DNA from: Eubacteriales bacterium | GTDB lineage: Bacteria > Bacillota > Clostridia > Oscillospirales > CAG-272 | Length of the DNA: 64,000 bases | Reading direction: 5' to 3' | NCBI GenBank assembly: GCA_045585895.1 | Contig: JAZMZI010000011.1 | Coordinates: 8,468-72,467 of the forward strand | Part shown: piece by piece, positions 55,050-64,000 of the stretch | Numbering within the stretch: the stretch's first letter is position 1 | Layout of the letters: each line of letters begins with the position of its first letter | Notes under the pieces: model-generated | What the model saw: the letters and a program-made list of their open reading frames with translations, nothing else | The model's database searches: none | What the model was told of the DNA's origin: nothing | Made by a program: the position numbers and the translations under genes

Positions 55050-55085
55050 TTCACCGCTATCCGTAAGGTTGCGGTGTTTTTTTGT
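55050..55085 (+). terminator. Riboswitch expression-platform terminator
   Basis: CACCGC (55052-55057) / GCGGTG (55071-55076), followed by TTTTTTTGTTTTG. Confidence 0.65.
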
Positions 55086-55126
55086 TTTGTTCGGTTTAAA
55101 AATTTTTATAGGAGGTTCATTATATA

Positions 55127-56704
55127 ATGGACAAAATTTTACAGGTGGTGGAGAATGTCAACGGCGAAATAAACGGCGTCGTATGGGGCACGTTCGGTCT
55201 GCTTCTGCTTATCGGTACGGGCATAATCGTCACCATTCTCACCAAGTTCTTTCAGGTGTCCCACATTGGCATGTGGTTCAAGAATACCCTTGGCAGTCTT
55301 TTCAACAAGGACGTTATCAAGCACAGTAAGGAAAAGGGCTCTATCTCTCCCTTCCAAGCACTTTGTACCGCTCTTGCTGCAACGGTAGGAACGGGTAATA
55401 TCGCGGGTGTTGCTGCGGCTATATGCATAGGCGGCGCAGGTGCGGTGTTCTGGATGTGGGTTGCCGCATTCTTCGGTATGATGACCAACTACGCTGAAAA
55501 CGTTCTCGGTATTTATTTCCGACGCAAGAACGAAAACGGTGAGTGGTCTGGCGGAGCTATGTACTACCTTGCCGACGGTCTTGGAGGATACAAATTCAAC
55601 GACTGTCACGGACAGATAAGCTTTAAAAAGCTCGGTAAGGTGCTTGCTATCCTTTTCTGTATCTTCACTATGCTTGCATCCTTCGGTATCGGAAGCATGG
55701 GTCAGGTCAACAAGATAGTTACCAACGTTGCGTCTGCTTTTGACGTTTCATCGCTTTCCTCTATTGAGGTTTTCTCGGGCGTTTCTCTCTATAACATCAT
55801 CCTCGGCGCGGTTATTATGCTTCTTACCGCACTTATAACTCTCGGCGGACTTAAGAGAATTGCAAGCGTTGCGGAAAAGATCGTTCCCTTTATGGTAGTT
55901 CTTTTCGTTATCGGAAGCCTTATTATTATAGGTGTAAACTATCAAAATGTTCTTCCCGCATTCAAGGCTATATTCGTGAATGCGTTCAAACCCGAAGCAT
56001 TCGTCGGCGGCGGTATCGGAGCTGTTATCGGTAAAGTCGTAACTCAGGGATTCAAGCGCGGAGTATTCTCTAACGAGGCAGGTCTCGGCTCGTCCGTTAT
56101 GGTTCACTCCAATTCCAACATTAAAGAGCCCGTAAAGCAGGGTATGTGGGGTATCTTTGAGGTGTTTGCAGATACTATGGTAGTGTGCACTATGACTGCA
56201 CTCGTTATCCTTACCGCAGGCGGTCTTGAAGGAGGCGTATTTAACGTTGTTACGGGTGAGATAGCAGAGGGTTATTCCGATGCAACTCTCGTTGGCGGTG
56301 CATTCAACTCCGTATTCTCTTGGGGCAATATCGGTGAAAAGTTCATAGCTATCGCTATGTTCCTCTTCGCGTTTACTACCGTTCTCGGTTGGTCTCATTA
56401 CGGAAGCAAGGCTTGGGAGTATCTCTTTGGCGCAAAGACTACGATCGTGTTCCGTATTATCCACGTATGCACCGTTATCTTCGGCGCAATTCTTACGTCC
56501 TCCTTGGCTTGGGATATTTCCGATACCTTCAACGGACTTATGATGATCCCCAACCTCATAGGCGTTCTCGTGCTTTCTCCTCTGGTCGTAAAAATAACTA
56601 CCAACTATCTCCGCAGAGTGAAGAAGGGCGAAGACATCGAGCCTATGTATAACTTCGATCCCGAAACTCAAGCGGCTGAAAAAGAGCGCGAGATAGACGA
56701 GTGA
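55127..56704 (+). CDS. Alanine/glycine:cation (sodium) symporter, AGCS family
   Basis: 525 aa, polytopic. SPFQALCTALAATVGTGNIAGVA motif. RBS TAGGAGG. Confidence 0.9.
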   Translation: MDKILQVVENVNGEINGVVWGTFGLLLLIGTGIIVTILTKFFQVSHIGMWFKNTLGSLFNKDVIKHSKEKGSISPFQALCTALAATVGTGNIAGVAAAICIGGAGAVFWMWVAAFFGMMTNYAENVLGIYFRRKNENGEWSGGAMYYLADGLGGYKFNDCHGQISFKKLGKVLAILFCIFTMLASFGIGSMGQVNKIVTNVASAFDVSSLSSIEVFSGVSLYNIILGAVIMLLTALITLGGLKRIASVAEKIVPFMVVLFVIGSLIIIGVNYQNVLPAFKAIFVNAFKPEAFVGGGIGAVIGKVVTQGFKRGVFSNEAGLGSSVMVHSNSNIKEPVKQGMWGIFEVFADTMVVCTMTALVILTAGGLEGGVFNVVTGEIAEGYSDATLVGGAFNSVFSWGNIGEKFIAIAMFLFAFTTVLGWSHYGSKAWEYLFGAKTTIVFRIIHVCTVIFGAILTSSLAWDISDTFNGLMMIPNLIGVLVLSPLVVKITTNYLRRVKKGEDIEPMYNFDPETQAAEKEREIDE

Positions 56705-56734
56705 TCTAAATAATCTTTTCAATATAATTCTATA

Positions 56735-56771
56735 CCCCCCGATAGGGCAGAAAAACTGCTTTGTCGGGGGG
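56735..56771. repeat. 37-nt hairpin repeat, family B, copy 1
   Basis: CCCCCCGATAGGGCAGAAAAACTGCTTTGTCGGGGGG. Matches 62418-62454 at 36/37 positions. Confidence 0.9.
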
Positions 56772-56835
56772 TATAATAGTTTTGACGGCGCAAAACCGCT
56801 CTTGTTGAAAAAATGATTTCCAAATAAAAATCAAA

Positions 56836-57672
56836 TCAATCGGAAATATAAGTTCTGTTTTTCCGAAGCTGATTAGGTAATAATCCGAAACGCGAAAAAA
56901 AACATTTGGAGAAATACGACGGAGTGTTGAATCCGCTTATATAGGCTATTTCTTTAACGGACTGATCGCTATGCAGAATCAAATACCTTGAATGTATCAG
57001 CCTTATCTCTAAAACGTATTGGTTTGGAGTTTGCCTCAATTCTTTCTTAAAAAGCTTTATTAGATGATTTTCGGTAATATGCAGATGATCTGCAATATCT
57101 TTAACCGTAATGTTTTTGGTAAAATTTTTTGCTATGTAATCACAAGCGTTTTTCACGTGACGGTTAGTATTATTGACGTAATCGTCTACACGTCCGTATT
57201 TTGCCGCATCGTAAAGAGATAGCAAAATGAATTCTTTTATATATTGCGACTGCAATCCGCTATCGACAACGCTCGGGTAAGAGCATTTTGACAGCTTTTC
57301 CATCAGATCTCTCAGTTCGTCAAAATGATAGGGGCGAAAAACCGAGGGGATAAGGTCTAATTCCTTAAATTCACACTTAGGCTGAATTTTACCCGTGATA
57401 GGTCTGAAAATGTTGCTGTTATCAAGCTCTGCGCCGCCAAAATCCAGCGTTAATATATACATATTGTAATTGCCAATACCCGACGTGATCTGTCCCGGCT
57501 TTCTGAAAATAAGACAATGCTCGGTATCTTGGTATTCGGTGTCGTCCAGACGAATTTTGCGATTCCCGTCGAGATAGAGATCGAACTCGTAATTGGTAAC
57601 CAATCTTTTATCTTCCTTCAAGCTGCTTGAAGCGAAGTGCATACATTCTAAAACTCTTGGCGTAAGTATCAT
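56836..57672 (-). CDS. AraC-family transcriptional regulator
   Basis: 278 aa. C-terminal HTH (VKDIADHLHITENHLIKLFKKELRQTPNQYV...ISGFNTPSYFSKCFFSRFGLLPNQLR). Divergent from the kinase-nanE-murQ-GH42 string. Confidence 0.9.
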   Translation of the reverse strand: MILTPRVLECMHFASSSLKEDKRLVTNYEFDLYLDGNRKIRLDDTEYQDTEHCLIFRKPGQITSGIGNYNMYILTLDFGGAELDNSNIFRPITGKIQPKCEFKELDLIPSVFRPYHFDELRDLMEKLSKCSYPSVVDSGLQSQYIKEFILLSLYDAAKYGRVDDYVNNTNRHVKNACDYIAKNFTKNITVKDIADHLHITENHLIKLFKKELRQTPNQYVLEIRLIHSRYLILHSDQSVKEIAYISGFNTPSYFSKCFFSRFGLLPNQLRKNRTYISD

Positions 57673-57839
57673 TTCAAATAAGTCCTTTGTTTGATTAATT
57701 TATATAATTATACCATAAAAATTGTGAACGATTCAACAAAAAGCATATTTTGTTGCATTTTTAGATTACTGTGTTTCTTTTACTGTTCCCGTAAATGTGA
57801 TAAAATATAAACAGTAACGAAGATCGGAGGCTATTCAGA

Positions 57840-58784
57840 TTGGATAATAGAGCATATTTGACCGTCGATTCGGGGGGCAGTAAGACTAAATTCAGCTTGT
57901 ACGCTATAAATGGCGATCTTATCGGTTGTATGACCGCAAAGGGTTTTGGGACGGCAGTTGACTGCGATGAAGCTTTGAATGAAGCCTTCCCCATATTATT
58001 TGATTTTTGCAAGGATCGTCTGATATCCGCCGCGATCTGCAATCTGGGAGGGAAAAACAAAAAACAGATGGAGATAACGCTGAAAAGAGCCTTTCCCGAT
58101 GCGAAGGTGGAGGTTTTTCGCGAATCCGAGGGCGTCGTTGGATCAGAGCTTTGTAAGAAATATTCTGCGCAAGTCACTTTGATGGCGGGGACGGGTACTA
58201 TTGCCGTTGCGCCCTGTGACGGTAACCTAGTCATTTCGGGAGGCTGGGGAGCAAATATCAGCGATAAAGGCTCGGGATATCAGTTGGGACTTGATGCCGT
58301 GCGGTTGGCTTTAGAGGAGATCGACGGAACTGATGCGCTTTCCTTGCTGACTAAAAATATTACGGGAATATCCTCGCCGCCGAGCGCTATGAGCGCAGAA
58401 AAATACTGTGATTTCCGTGATAACGTACGAAATGCGATGGCTCCGTTTGACCGCGCAAATATCGCAAGCCTTGCGAAGAAGGTGTATGCTTGCGCTAAGC
58501 AGGGTGATGAGCGTTCAATCGAGCTATACGAAAAAGTCGGAAGAGATTTGGCAGAAACCGTGATAGCTGCTTCACGCAAGGCAAGAGTTCGCTTGAATTG
58601 TGCGGTGGTAAACGGTGGAATGGTAAACTCTCGGGAATTTTGGCAAGAAAGCTTTGAAAAAAGGCTGAAAAATGAGTATAATACAGAAAAAGTATATTAC
58701 CTCACTGACGGTATTGACGAGGTAATGTGTGATATTGCAAAAAAACTTTCAGAAGGAGAAGAAAAATGTTTCCAAAAGGATTGA
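57840..58784 (+). CDS. BadF/BadG/BcrA/BcrD-type ATPase, N-acetylhexosamine (GlcNAc/MurNAc) kinase-like
   Basis: TTG start after a GGAGG RBS. N-terminal phosphate-1 motif LTVDSGGSKTKF, then LMAGTGTIAV. Confidence 0.75.
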   Translation: MDNRAYLTVDSGGSKTKFSLYAINGDLIGCMTAKGFGTAVDCDEALNEAFPILFDFCKDRLISAAICNLGGKNKKQMEITLKRAFPDAKVEVFRESEGVVGSELCKKYSAQVTLMAGTGTIAVAPCDGNLVISGGWGANISDKGSGYQLGLDAVRLALEEIDGTDALSLLTKNITGISSPPSAMSAEKYCDFRDNVRNAMAPFDRANIASLAKKVYACAKQGDERSIELYEKVGRDLAETVIAASRKARVRLNCAVVNGGMVNSREFWQESFEKRLKNEYNTEKVYYLTDGIDEVMCDIAKKLSEGEEKCFQKD

Positions 58785-59452
58785 TCGTATCTTCACAAGC
58801 GTTAGAAGGAAATCCGCTCCGCAATTCCGAGTATTTGGCAGTCATGGCAGAGGCGGCGGTTATAGGAGGGGCTAAAGCTATCAGAGCAAACGGTGTAGAC
58901 GATATCAAAGAAATGCGTAAGCGTATATCGGTGCCGATAATCGGTATCGATAAGAAAAAGGACTCCACGGGAAGAACGGTAATTACTCCCGATTTTTAAG
59001 GAGCAAAACGTGTTGCAGATGCAGGCGCCACGATAATTGCGATGGATGTGACCGATTATCCCAGCGATATAGCAGAGGACAGAAAAACACTTATAGACCG
59101 TATACATAATGAACTGGGAGTTATGGTGATGGCTGATATTTCAACCGCATCGGAGGCAAAAAAGGCAGCGGAGATGGGGGTAGACGCAGTTTCTACCACT
59201 CTTGCGGGATATGTTCCCGGAGCGTTACACGGTGCGGATGAGTTATACATGCCAAATCATGATTTGGTCAAAACTATTGCGGATATGCGTCTGCCATGCG
59301 CGCTGGTGGTAGAGGGCAGAATTTGGGAGCGAGCAGACCTTTCGCGGGCGTTTGAACTTGGCGCTGATGCCGTAGTTATAGGAAAGGCAATCACTAATCC
59401 TATGGCTATAACGAAATACTTTTTATCGGGTGTACCGGAGGAGTTAAGATGA
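58766..59452 (+). pseudogene. nanE: N-acetylmannosamine-6-phosphate 2-epimerase (NanE) interrupted by one in-frame TAA at 58997-58999
   Basis: The two track ORFs (58766-58999 and 59042-59452) are in the same frame. Read-through gives ...SVPIIGIDKKKDSTGRTVITPDF*GAKRVADAGATIIAMDVTDY..., a continuous NanE-like sequence. Confidence 0.75.
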
Positions 59453-60261
59453 ATACCGAAAGTGTAAATAAAAAAACCGTGGGAATTTCCGATGCTTCTA
59501 TTGAGGAAGCACTGTATATGATAAACGACGAGGACGCAATCGTTGCCTTAGCCGTAAGAGAGCAAATACCCAAAATTGCCGCCGCAGTTGAGATTGGTGT
59601 TAAAACTCTGAAGGGTGGAGGACGGATCTTTTATTGCGGTTGTGGAACGAGCGGCCGTATTGCCGTTGCGGATGCGGCTGAATGCCCGCCAACCTATGGA
59701 GTAAGTCCAGAGCTTGTAAATGCTGTTATAGCCGGAGGCGCTAAGGCTATGGTCAATGCGGCTGAGGGCTGTGAGGATAGCGCCGAAAAGGGAATAGAAG
59801 CTTTTGAGAGAGTCGGAGTCTGCGATAAAGATATGGTTATAGGAATTTCTGCCGCGGGACGAGCTCCCTTCGTTCTGGCGTTTATGCAGAGAGCGAATGA
59901 GATCGGATGCGTCGTGTGCGCGATAGTAAATAACGTCGATACTCCAATGAAGCAAATTGCCGACGTTGCTATTGAAACGCTTACCAGCGCGGAGGTAATA
60001 AAGGGCTCTACCAGAATGAAAGCGGGTACGAGCCAGAAAATGATACTTAATATGTTCTCCACGGCATTGTTTATTCAAATGGGGTGCACCTACAGAAACT
60101 ATATGGTGAATATGATCCCAAACAATACCAAATTGCGATCAAGAGCCGTTTCTATGATCACGGATATTTTGGAAACCGAGCCTGAGACGGCAAAAAAACT
60201 GTTGGAAGAATATAATTGGGACATAAAAGCGGTAATTGATTCTTGTGATAAGCGAGGCTGA
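59449..60261 (+). CDS. murQ: SIS-domain N-acetylmuramic acid 6-phosphate etherase (MurQ-like)
   Basis: GCGTSGRIAVADAAECPPTYGV, GISAAGRAPFV, KAGTSQKMILNMFST. Start overlaps the nanE stop (ATGA). Confidence 0.8.
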   Translation: MNTESVNKKTVGISDASIEEALYMINDEDAIVALAVREQIPKIAAAVEIGVKTLKGGGRIFYCGCGTSGRIAVADAAECPPTYGVSPELVNAVIAGGAKAMVNAAEGCEDSAEKGIEAFERVGVCDKDMVIGISAAGRAPFVLAFMQRANEIGCVVCAIVNNVDTPMKQIADVAIETLTSAEVIKGSTRMKAGTSQKMILNMFSTALFIQMGCTYRNYMVNMIPNNTKLRSRAVSMITDILETEPETAKKLLEEYNWDIKAVIDSCDKRG

Positions 60262-60265
60262 TATA

Positions 60266-62398
60266 ATGAAAATAATTGATAAAAAATTTTTAACGGGGTC
60301 AATGTACGCTCCATTCTGCCGAACGCTCTCGGCTCCAATGGAGGAGTGGGACAGAGATATGCAGAATATGGCGAAGCTCGGTTACAACTGTCTGCACGGA
60401 TTTGCGGAGTGGCACGATATAGAATACGAAAAGGGACGTTTTGATTTTACCAAAGTGGATCATTTCGTAAGCTGCGCTCACAAAAACGGACTTGTGGCAA
60501 TAGTAAACGTAGCTACGCAGAACGGTGTGGGCTTTTACTCGCCCCGTTGGTTAATGGAGGAATACAGAGGTATAGGCGAAGGGGTCGTTGACGCTCAGGG
60601 GCAGAAGCTTTCCGAAGAGGAATATGTCGTTCCATGTATGGACGATCCCATATATAACGCTTATGCAAAGCGATATTTAAAGGCGGTGGCGGAGCACTTT
60701 GCGGGCGACGAAAGAGTGGGTGCGTTCGTGCTTTGGGGCGAGCCGAATATCAACAGTATTCGCCCCGGCGGACTTAAGATCTGTTATTGTAAGCATACCA
60801 AGGCGAAATTCCGTCAATGGCTTCGCGAGAGATACGGTGATATTTCAAAATTAAACGAAGCATGGGGAAGAGAGGGCCCTTCCGACTACATTGATTTTTG
60901 TCAGGTAAATCCACCTACGGATCTGTCAAGGCAAAAGGGCGGCTTCAATTCATGGGAGGATTGGGCTGAATATATGGAATTTAATCTTGCAGAGCATATT
61001 CGCGAGGCAGATAAAATATTCAAGGAAAACGGAGCCTTGCAGCCTACTATAACCGAGATGTTGCCCGGTACGAATAACGGAATAGATCCTTGGAAGCTTG
61101 GAGAGGGTACCGACATCGTTGGCGTCAGTCTGTTCGGAAAGCCTACCCGCAACGCGGCGCTTTGTATGAATATGTCAAACAGTATTGCAAAAGCACTTGA
61201 TAAAAGCGTTTTCGTAGTGGAGGCGGGAGGCGGCTCTATTAAATTTGACGATCCCAACCCCTTTGCTCCGTCGGGCTTTACACCTTCCATAGAAGAATTA
61301 AAGACCACGGTTCTTATGCGCGCGGGATATGGAGCCAAGGGAATTATGTTTTGGTGTTGGAGACCCCGACTCAGCGACGTAGAGGGCAATGATTTCGGTA
61401 TGTGCCGCCCCGACGGAAAGCCATTGAAAAGAACCGTGATGTTAGGTGAGTTTGCCCGAAAGATGAATGATCTTGCGCCCTTGTATAATCGGTGTAATAG
61501 AGTTTCCGACGTTGCCATCTATACGTCACAGCAGATAAACCATATAATGAACGGCGACAAAATGGGCAATAATTATCTTAACGCCGTCAGAGGCGCAAAT
61601 TATATGCTGACCGATCTTCACATCAATTCGGATTTTATTTGCGAAAAGGAGATCTTGAAGGGTTCTCTGTCGAAATACAAGGTTCTTATTATGCCCTGCA
61701 CCTACGTACTTTCCGAGAAATGTGCGCGTGCCGTTGCCGATTTTGTTGCGGGCGGAGGACACGTCATAGCCGACTATATTCTTGCCGAAAAACGTCCCGG
61801 AGGTCTCTGCTATACGAGTCTGCCCGGTGGAGGGCTTGATAAGGTTTTTGGAATTGAAAGAGAGGACGTTCTGTTTATTGCTCATCCGACTATGGAAAGA
61901 GAGAACTGCTTAGGTATAGAGACCGGTACTATGATCGAGCAGATGATCCTGACGAGTGCAGAATCGATCGGCGGAGAATATATGCCTGAGTATCCGATTA
62001 TTTCGAAGAATCGATACGGAGACGGCAGCGCCGTTTATATAGCAACTCAGTATTTCTCAAAATACGTAAAAAAGCCATCCTCTGCATTAAGGCGCGTACT
62101 GCTTGATATGTTGAAGGAATACGGCATCACTCCGTATGCAGTTCTTGAAACGGAGGATTCGAAAGCTCAATCGGCGCTTATTACCAGTTTAATATCTGAT
62201 GAGGATGATACTGTCAATATTATTACTGTAACCAATACTGATTACGATAGGATAGAGGATTCATTGATATTGCCTGAGGGTGATTATAAGCTTGTAGAGG
62301 AGATCGAAAAATATACGATAACCCATATAAACGGAAAAACGGAAATCGCTTTTACACTGAATTCTCTTGAAACCCTGTCCCTTTACAGGCAAGAATAA
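60266..62398 (+). CDS. GH42-like glycoside hydrolase (beta-galactosidase family)
   Basis: About 710 aa. The N-terminal TIM-barrel-like segment (GYNCLHGFAEWHDIEYEKGRFDF..., FVLWGEPN) and the overall length resemble GH42. The ATG at 60266 has a GAGG RBS. Confidence 0.65.
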   Translation: MKIIDKKFLTGSMYAPFCRTLSAPMEEWDRDMQNMAKLGYNCLHGFAEWHDIEYEKGRFDFTKVDHFVSCAHKNGLVAIVNVATQNGVGFYSPRWLMEEYRGIGEGVVDAQGQKLSEEEYVVPCMDDPIYNAYAKRYLKAVAEHFAGDERVGAFVLWGEPNINSIRPGGLKICYCKHTKAKFRQWLRERYGDISKLNEAWGREGPSDYIDFCQVNPPTDLSRQKGGFNSWEDWAEYMEFNLAEHIREADKIFKENGALQPTITEMLPGTNNGIDPWKLGEGTDIVGVSLFGKPTRNAALCMNMSNSIAKALDKSVFVVEAGGGSIKFDDPNPFAPSGFTPSIEELKTTVLMRAGYGAKGIMFWCWRPRLSDVEGNDFGMCRPDGKPLKRTVMLGEFARKMNDLAPLYNRCNRVSDVAIYTSQQINHIMNGDKMGNNYLNAVRGANYMLTDLHINSDFICEKEILKGSLSKYKVLIMPCTYVLSEKCARAVADFVAGGGHVIADYILAEKRPGGLCYTSLPGGGLDKVFGIEREDVLFIAHPTMERENCLGIETGTMIEQMILTSAESIGGEYMPEYPIISKNRYGDGSAVYIATQYFSKYVKKPSSALRRVLLDMLKEYGITPYAVLETEDSKAQSALITSLISDEDDTVNIITVTNTDYDRIEDSLILPEGDYKLVEEIEKYTITHINGKTEIAFTLNSLETLSLYRQE

Positions 62399-62417
62399 TA
62401 CGACGGTCATAATAAAG

Positions 62418-62454
62418 CCCCCCGATAGTGCAGAAAAACTGCTTTGTCGGGGGG
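62418..62454. repeat. 37-nt hairpin repeat, family B, copy 2
   Basis: CCCCCCGATAGTGCAGAAAAACTGCTTTGTCGGGGGG, immediately after the GH42 stop. Confidence 0.9.
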
Positions 62455-62541
62455 ATTGCTATAATTAAGCTTTAAGAAAATAATTTAAAGCTTCGCTTTA
62501 TTGTAAAAACACGAAAAAAATGATAAATTTGGGACATGATA

Positions 62542-62570
62542 TTGATAAAAAAAGTAAAAGATGCTATAAT
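62542..62570 (+). promoter_or_regulatory. Sigma-70 promoter (TTGATA-N17-TATAAT) for the downstream BNR gene
   Basis: TTGATA at 62542-62547, TATAAT at 62565-62570. A 9-N9-9 palindrome AAGCTTTAA/TTAAAGCTT lies upstream at 62467-62493. Confidence 0.5.
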
Positions 62571-62604
62571 CAAATTGTAATAACAAAACTTTTCTTGGAG
62601 GCAG

Positions 62605-64000
62605 ATGATGATAAACAACGATTCAAGATTTATAAACAACGGTATAGAGATCCCCACTGCGGGAGGATACGCCGATCAGCCAAGTCTGGTAGTATTGTCC
62701 GACGGAACCTTCGTCTGCGCTACAACTACAGGTACGGGTGAGGAAGGAGCCGAAGGAGAGTACGTTTCGGTAATGCGATCAACCGACGGCGGTAAGAGCT
62801 GGAGCGAGGGAACGGCTTTGGAGGATACCCGTTGGGAGTCGTCCTACGCAGTGCTCGTAACCGACCGTTTTGACAGAATATACTGCCTTTACAATTACAA
62901 TCTCGACCACTATACGAAAAGTGAATTTCGCTCTCACCGCTTTGATATGGGCGGTACGTACTGCCTCAAATACAGTGATGATAAGGGACTTACCTGGTCG
63001 GAAAGAATTATCGTTGACGTAGGAGTTACCGATCTTGATACAAAATATCCCTATTTTCCGAGAGGAGAGCAGGAGAAGCAGTACCGCTTTATGTGGAACG
63101 TTGCGCGCCCCTTTATTGACGGCGACGATCTTTACGTAATGGTGGGTAAGCCCTTTCTCGGTGTAAAAGGTCTGTACGATTTTGAGACCTCACGCGGAGT
63201 GCTTTTGGTGGCAAGGGGAATAGTCAAGGATCCCCACGCCCCCTTTGTAACTCTCCCCGAGGGAGCAAAGGAGCTTTTGCCCCGTCCGGGTGACAGAATT
63301 ACCGAGGAGCACTGTTGCGTTAAGCTTTCCGACGGCACTCTTTTCTGCACTTCAAGAACCGAGAAGGGTTATCCTTTGGTGTTCGTCAGCCACGACGATG
63401 GCAAGACTTTTACCGACGGATTTATCCCGAAGCACGTTGGCGGCATACCCGTAAAGCAACCGAGAGCGGCAAACTTCCTCTGGAAGCTTAAAAGCGGAAA
63501 GTATCTTTATTGGTTCCACAACGTAGGAAATATGGGATATGATTTCCGAAATCCCGCTTGGTGCGCCCCCGCCTTTGAGGTCGATACCGAAAACGGCAAG
63601 GAGCTGGTCTACGGTCAGCCCGAGATACTTTTCTATCATACCACGGGCGACCGCCTTTCTATCAGCTATCCCGATCTCGTCGAATACGAGGGCAGACTTC
63701 TTATAACCGAAACTCAGAAGCTTGTCGCAAGAATACATACCGTAAGCGAAAGATTGCAAAACGCATTGCTTAATCAGGACACCGTTTGCGCCAAGCTGGA
63801 AGGCATTTCTATGGCAGAGCTTCGTGAAAACGGTATTCCCGTACAACAGTATTCAAAGGTGAACCACGCCGACAGAGCGGAGTGGAAGGAAATCGTAGAA
63901 AACAGCGGAACAACTTGGATATTTGAAGGAACCTTCAATGCGGGCGATAAAGTTATTTCGGCATTTGACAGACGCAGAGGCGGGTTTAAAGTCAACGTGA
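62605..64000 (+). CDS. BNR/Asp-box repeat protein, sialidase-like, no signal peptide (3' end beyond the window)
   Basis: The frame is open from ATGATG (62605/62608) after a GGAGG RBS to the window end. Asp-boxes STDGGKSW, SDDKGLTW and SHDDGKTF. Not in the ORF track because no stop lies inside the window. Confidence 0.8.
   Translation, partial: MMINNDSRFINNGIEIPTAGGYADQPSLVVLSDGTFVCATTTGTGEEGAEGEYVSVMRSTDGGKSWSEGTALEDTRWESSYAVLVTDRFDRIYCLYNYNLDHYTKSEFRSHRFDMGGTYCLKYSDDKGLTWSERIIVDVGVTDLDTKYPYFPRGEQEKQYRFMWNVARPFIDGDDLYVMVGKPFLGVKGLYDFETSRGVLLVARGIVKDPHAPFVTLPEGAKELLPRPGDRITEEHCCVKLSDGTLFCTSRTEKGYPLVFVSHDDGKTFTDGFIPKHVGGIPVKQPRAANFLWKLKSGKYLYWFHNVGNMGYDFRNPAWCAPAFEVDTENGKELVYGQPEILFYHTTGDRLSISYPDLVEYEGRLLITETQKLVARIHTVSERLQNALLNQDTVCAKLEGISMAELRENGIPVQQYSKVNHADRAEWKEIVENSGTTWIFEGTFNAGDKVISAFDRRRGGFKVNV

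Noticed and set aside
55748-56722. 324-aa minus ORF inside the AGCS symporter gene; similar cases at 45568-46500 (adhE), 8898-9773 (dnaB), 11074-11748 (hpt), 47761-48417 (kinase-like), 53513-54154 (adh) and 16906-17475 (ogg)
   Set aside because: Each is antisense to a gene with clear family motifs. None has a convincing RBS or a recognisable motif.
58997-58999. Alternative genetic code or programmed recoding as the explanation for the in-frame TAA in nanE
   Set aside because: TAA is used as the normal stop of many confidently called genes in this window (for example adhE, ftsH, the giant lipoprotein gene, hpt). No recoding signal (slippery site or downstream structure) is apparent. A nonsense mutation or a sequencing error is simpler.

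Overview
This 64-kb window looks like chromosomal DNA from a Firmicutes/Clostridia-type anaerobe, possibly Oscillospiraceae/Ruminococcaceae-like. That placement is inferred from gene content and synteny only.

About half of the window is conserved housekeeping synteny:
- rimP-nusA-ylxR-ylxQ-infB on the minus strand (1-4101).
- yybS-gdpP-rplI-dnaB (4453-9743).
- tilS-hpt-ftsH (9776-14047).
- valS with a T-box leader (40914-43830).
- fakB/fakA (32414-35012).

The rest is accessory or regulatory:
- An intact IS4-family insertion sequence (21377-23060) lies next to a 2088-aa lipoprotein of unknown function (23079-29345). That protein has internal ~1.1-kb module duplications, Asp-box motifs and a 24-bp in-frame tandem repeat.
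- topB (29647-32109).
- A decayed intergenic patch (35013-35540) holds a perfect consensus promoter, nested palindromes, stacked terminators and a gene remnant.
- Two AraC-controlled sugar modules encode cytoplasmic BNR/sialidase-like proteins (37460-40888 and 56836-64000). The second contains a nanE with an in-frame TAA and is bracketed by a 37-nt hairpin repeat.
- An adhE / kinase-like / 2x Trx-like ferredoxin / HydS-PAS sensory hydrogenase / PP2C / group-B [FeFe]-hydrogenase / Fe-ADH cluster spans 45178-54706. I consider it the most system-like feature in the window.
- A tandem glycine riboswitch precedes an alanine/glycine:cation symporter (54845-56704).

A GC-rich, terminator-capped orphan segment after ftsH (14112-14296) is a candidate structured ncRNA of unknown class.

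No rRNA, tRNA or CRISPR array was recognised. Many long ORFs in the supplied track are antisense shadows of real genes and were rejected. All functional calls rest on motifs read by eye and on remembered family knowledge. No searches were run.
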